NCBI RefSeq assembly: GCF_009914755.1
Contig: NC_060935.1
Source of the DNA: the human T2T-CHM13v2.0 reference genome, Homo sapiens
Direction: 5' to 3' (one strand)
Length of the DNA stretch: 64,000 bases
Each line of letters begins with the position of its first letter. Positions within the stretch are counted from its first letter, which is position 1. The translations under genes were made by a program, and so were the position numbers. Under the pieces are notes generated by a model. That model was not told where the DNA came from, did no database searches, and saw only the letters and a program-made list of their open reading frames with translations. This document shows positions 58,906 through 64,000 of this stretch, piece by piece.

Positions 58906-59929
58906 ACTGCTCTTGGTCTAGTTACTAACATGTCAACAGTCAAGCATGCCACATTGAAATGAGGACCATGGCAGAAGAGGGCTGGAGTCATATAGGAAGA
59001 CATACTGGAGGCACTTCCCATAGATATGGGAAAGTCACACTTTCAGGAAAAAGTGATGTCAAAGTTGGGATTCTGAAAAATTGATATGAGAAGTCAGGTG
59101 AAAGGGAAGGAGGATGTGTGGAGAGAAGAAAAGGGAAAGGTCGCAGAAATGTAGACGTAAAGACAGAGGTAGCTGCATATTTCTGAACTTCCATTCATTT
59201 ACATCCTTACAACAACCCCATGAAACAGACATTAATATTATTCCCATTGTACCAAGGAGAAAACAGGCTCAGAGAGGTTAATTCATTTGCCATTCAAGAC
59301 TGTTGGGGAAACAAGGGACCACCTTTGTCCTATATGTTAGGAAGGCCTAAAACACAGGGCTTGAGCTAACAAATGGAATATGGAGGCAGGTAGAAAAGAT
59401 TTTACTGAGATACAAAGATTAGGACTTGGGGATTGGATGTGGAAGCCAGAGAGGAAGAGCTAAGGCAAGACTGAGCCTCTACTTTCTCTGCCTTAGAAGC
59501 ATGGCACCTGAACTTGTTCACGTTCCAGGGGTAGATTTGGAGATTCTGCTCTAGATGTCAGGCAAGATGAAGCAGGCCTTGAGTGAGCAGGTAAACAGGA
59601 AAAGAGCCACAGTGCCCTCCTGCCCCCACCTAATACACTGTGCCCAGGTCCTGTCATCCCAGCCCCTTTCTACTCATCACGGTGCTTAGCTTTTGTGGAA
59701 CTGGAAATGGGTGGAAAGTGATTCATAATTACTATTTTCTGCCCCAGAAGCATTACCCCCTTTGTATTCTGAGACAGAGGGCAGCTTCCCAATAAATACT
59801 TTTTAATTGTTTGATTGATTGGTTTGCTGGTTGATGAAAGGACTAGCAAGCATTTTAGTAAATGCCTATGAATTTTTGAAGTCCATAATATTAACCTACC
59901 AATATCCTGCCTTAAAAACAAATTTCTCT

Positions 59930-60246
<317 letters not shown>

Positions 60247-60802
60247 CTTTCATCATCATTATAATGGCATAAGAACAGTCAGATGTTATGTAGACTTTCC
60301 CCAGGCCAGCATCACTTGATATATGGGGAGGTTTTAATGATTTGCCCAAGACCATAGAGAGAATCAATGGACAAATCTGTGATAAAAGTTCTAGTCCATC
60401 ATACCTTGCCCTATATCCAGATTAATGGACTCTACTCAACACACTAACACCAGAAAAGAAAGGGGTCCCTTATTCATCTCCCAAACTACTGTCAAGATTC
60501 CCACTAGGGGGTAAAAGTCTCATTAACAATGAGCAAGCCTTTCCTAAAAAGCCTATGAAAACATCCTTGAAATAGAAACTCATCCTCTTTCATAGGTTTC
60601 AGGGGTTAGGAAAAAGAAAAAAAAAAGTAGAAACTCATCCTCAAAACTTTAGCTAACTTCTGAGATCACACAGTGATTCTTCCATTCCAATTTGATTTAA
60701 CAGGCACCCAGACAGGTTTTTTAAAACTTCCATTTCTTGATTAAGTTTGACAACAGCCATCAGTTGAATTCCTGAAATGATAATGTTTAGAGCCAGAGAT
60801 AA

Positions 60803-61324
<522 letters not shown>

Positions 61325-61384
61325 ATGTAGGATGCAGAGCAAGTTATAAATTAATTCTACTTTAAGAGCCTTCTGAGGAGCCAC

Positions 61385-63620
61385 AGAGGCAGCATGGTGT
61401 GGACAAAAAGGACAAGAGCTTTATAGTTGGACAGATTCGGGTTTGAAATTCAAGTTTCTCCATTCACTAGCTTCTCTGAGCAGCAACTTCATTTTTTGGG
61501 AATTAAATTATACAATGCATACAAGGAACATGGTACAGTGACTGGCACATAGGAGTTGCATAATGAATGTAGCTAGCAACATTGCTTTTGAAAATGAACA
61601 GGAAGTTGTTTTAAGTTTTCCATGGATTTCACTATAGATCTTGGGTAGTAGTGATAGTAGGTCACAGTCTGCCTACTATCACTTATTGAGTGCCTGTTGT
61701 AGGCATCCTGGCACTTTCATCTCCTTCTCTATCTTTGCTGCCCCTAAAAACACCTTCCCCATGCCTTGCTTTTCAATAGCCCACTTTTTATCTCTACTTG
61801 CTCTAGAGCAGCAATGTTTGCTGTCAAAATCCTGCACCCCAAAAGAGAACAACCTATGCGTTGCAGATCAGAATAGAGGCCTGGCAGGAATTGTCACAGA
61901 TTTATGCCTCATCATTCTTCTCAGACCTTCCCCAAATGTTTACCCTGGCATGATCTGGGGAGGAACAGAGACCATGATCCCAGCCATCCTTGCATTCCAC
62001 CTCCTTCTTCTACCTCCATCTCATCCAATGAAGATGAAATTTTCACCAAGTTACAGAATTGGCCCATGTTATTTGCCCACTAGAATGTAAGCTCTTTGAA
62101 AGCCAGAATTCTTGCTTGCTTTTTCTTCTGTTAGATCACCAGAGCCTTGCATAGTGCCTGGTACATTACAAGTGCTCAGTAAATTGTTTATGAATGAATG
62201 CATGCATGTTATTCTGCAGAGGCATCTGTGATAAAATGTCAGGAACATTGTATATGGAATCAGAATGATTTTTGTTACACTCCCACCACTCTCAGCTCAT
62301 GTGACTTGTGTGACTTTGGGCAAGTCACTAATCTTGCTGAGCCTCAGTTTCCCTTTCTGTAAACTGAGGATCATGCATATGCATTCTGCAGTTCAGTAAA
62401 ATATTGTATATAAAGTGCCTGACACATAGCACATGATCAGTTGCTGGAAGCTGAATATTCAGTCCTCCCCTGTACCATTTGACATCACCATGCTTTTAAA
62501 TCACACAAACATTTAAAATAGATGAAATGCAAAGATCTTTTGGAATATCTCCAAGTTAGAAAAATAGCCTTTGTTCACCGGAGATTTAAATTATGCCTAT
62601 ATATGTACAGAGACCTAAGAACGTATGTGAATCTGACACTGACAAGTGCAAAGCATGTGGAAATGCCAACCACTCTGTTATAAATCTGCTCTGGGGGAGG
62701 AGAGCGATGTTGCCTGGAGATTTTTATTCATTTGAAAATGTTACCATTCACCCAGTGAAAGCCAGAGAACGGCAACGGGACAGTTGGATCCAAGTGCTCT
62801 GACATTTCCTTGCCGGCAGACACCATCAATGAATTTAGAAGCTGTATTGCTTCATACGGCATTGAATTAAGAAAATGGTGTGTTACAAAAAGAGGGAGAG
62901 AAGGCTGTCAAAGCCTAGGTTTCCGATATGTTTCTTTTGTCCCAGACTGTTCCAGAATAAAGGTTAAGTATGGAAATGTCAGGGTCTAGAGAAACTTAGG
63001 TCACAGAGAACCCAAGGGCTCACTTCACTTCACATTAACAGCTTAATACTCCTTGAGTAACTATGTGCCAAACAGTGGGCTACGCACTCTACTTGGAAAA
63101 CATTATTGAATTCCTACAAAATCCCTATAAGAAACATGACCCCCACTTCACAAATGAGCAAACTGGAAGTTTGCTTTCTGAGTTTCAGAAAGGCAAAGTG
63201 ACTTACTCCGGTCTTGCAGCCAGGAAGAGGCAGAACGGGGGCTCTGAGCCAATCTAGGTCCACCCTGGCAACACCACTGGAAGGTTGAGAGATGGGGCTG
63301 GAGGGTGGGCAGCGGGAGGATGGAAGACTCTGCTTGACTTGCCGGGCAACAGGGGATATCTGTCAGTTACTAGCTCCATGGTTTTGAACATGTTCCCTGG
63401 TCTTCCTCATGTGAGCTTTGAAGGATTTAATAGTAAATAATAATAGTAACAACAAACTTTTATGTGTCAAGCACTCATTGTTCAAAAATGTTGTACACAG
63501 TATTTCTTAAAGTGCTTGCAATAACTCTTAGAAAGGAGAAACTATTAGCCTTCCCATTTTCCAGCGACAGAAACTAATAATGAGAGTCACAGAGCCTAAC
63601 ACACAGCAAGTGCTCGGTGA
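61385..63620. mobile_element. Cluster of MIRs (61385-61575 +, 62220-62450 +, 63035-63260 -, 63435-63620 -) and an L2 3' end (62070-62205 +)
   Basis: MIR cores such as gactttgggcaagtcactaatcttgctgagcctcagtttcc; L2 tail tagaatgtaagctc..atgaatgaatg. Confidence 0.75.
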
Positions 63621-64000
63621 GAGGTATTACCAATGTGCTGCACTGCCTTCTTGCTCTTCTTGCAAGCTCTCCTCCAACAGGACCACACCTCCATGCCTTC
63701 CTGAGTTCCGCCCAGCTTTTTCCTGAATGCCCACCTCTTCCCTTCCTTCCCTCCACCAAACCCTTACCCACTGCAGAACCTGCCCGCCTAAGAGTGTCTA
63801 AGATAAACTTTCACCAACACTCCCCCTAGTGGTGGGCCAATGCCACCCTTCCCCAACTTCCTGTTTTATTTTTCTATGAAGTTCCAAAATATAATTCTGC
63901 AAAGATTCAACCAATTGATGAATAAAATATACATGCCGACTGTAAAGACAATTGTAAGGATTGGTTTGGGGACACCAAAAGCATCCAAAGAAGGTTTCTC

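Noticed and set aside
61641-62090. 149-aa ORF
   Set aside because: Non-ATG start, no recognisable domain or exon structure; length expected by chance.
62580-62900. Coding exon in the unique, slightly CpG-richer stretch
   Set aside because: No convincing splice sites or protein similarity; it may be a conserved non-coding element, but that cannot be shown from sequence alone.

Overview
This is repeat-dense primate genomic DNA, probably catarrhine and human-like: it carries AluJ/S/Y, L1PA7-16, MST/MLT2A LTRs, MIR, L2 and hAT fossils. It is most likely intronic or intergenic. I can support no intact protein-coding gene, RNA gene or CRISPR array; the recognisable ORFs are Alu, L1, L2, MaLR or hAT remnants. 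The interest lies in structural history readable from the repeats. (1) A ~4.75 kb inversion (~12167-16911) splits one MST provirus and one near-full-length ancient L1M, with a 7-bp inverted microhomology and a recoverable TSD. (2) An MSTA solo LTR contains a template-switch rearrangement that captured a 94-bp copy of L1 sequence from 1.2 kb upstream. (3) A near-complete Charlie10-like hAT fossil has a dead transposase collinear with the domesticated SCAND3/ZBED9 transposase. (4) There are several snap-back or templated-insertion scars. (5) Candidate regulatory motifs include DUX4-type sites in an MLT2A LTR and paired RFX X-boxes. Repeat subfamily names come from recalled consensus features and are approximate. 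I found no evidence for a new multi-gene system.
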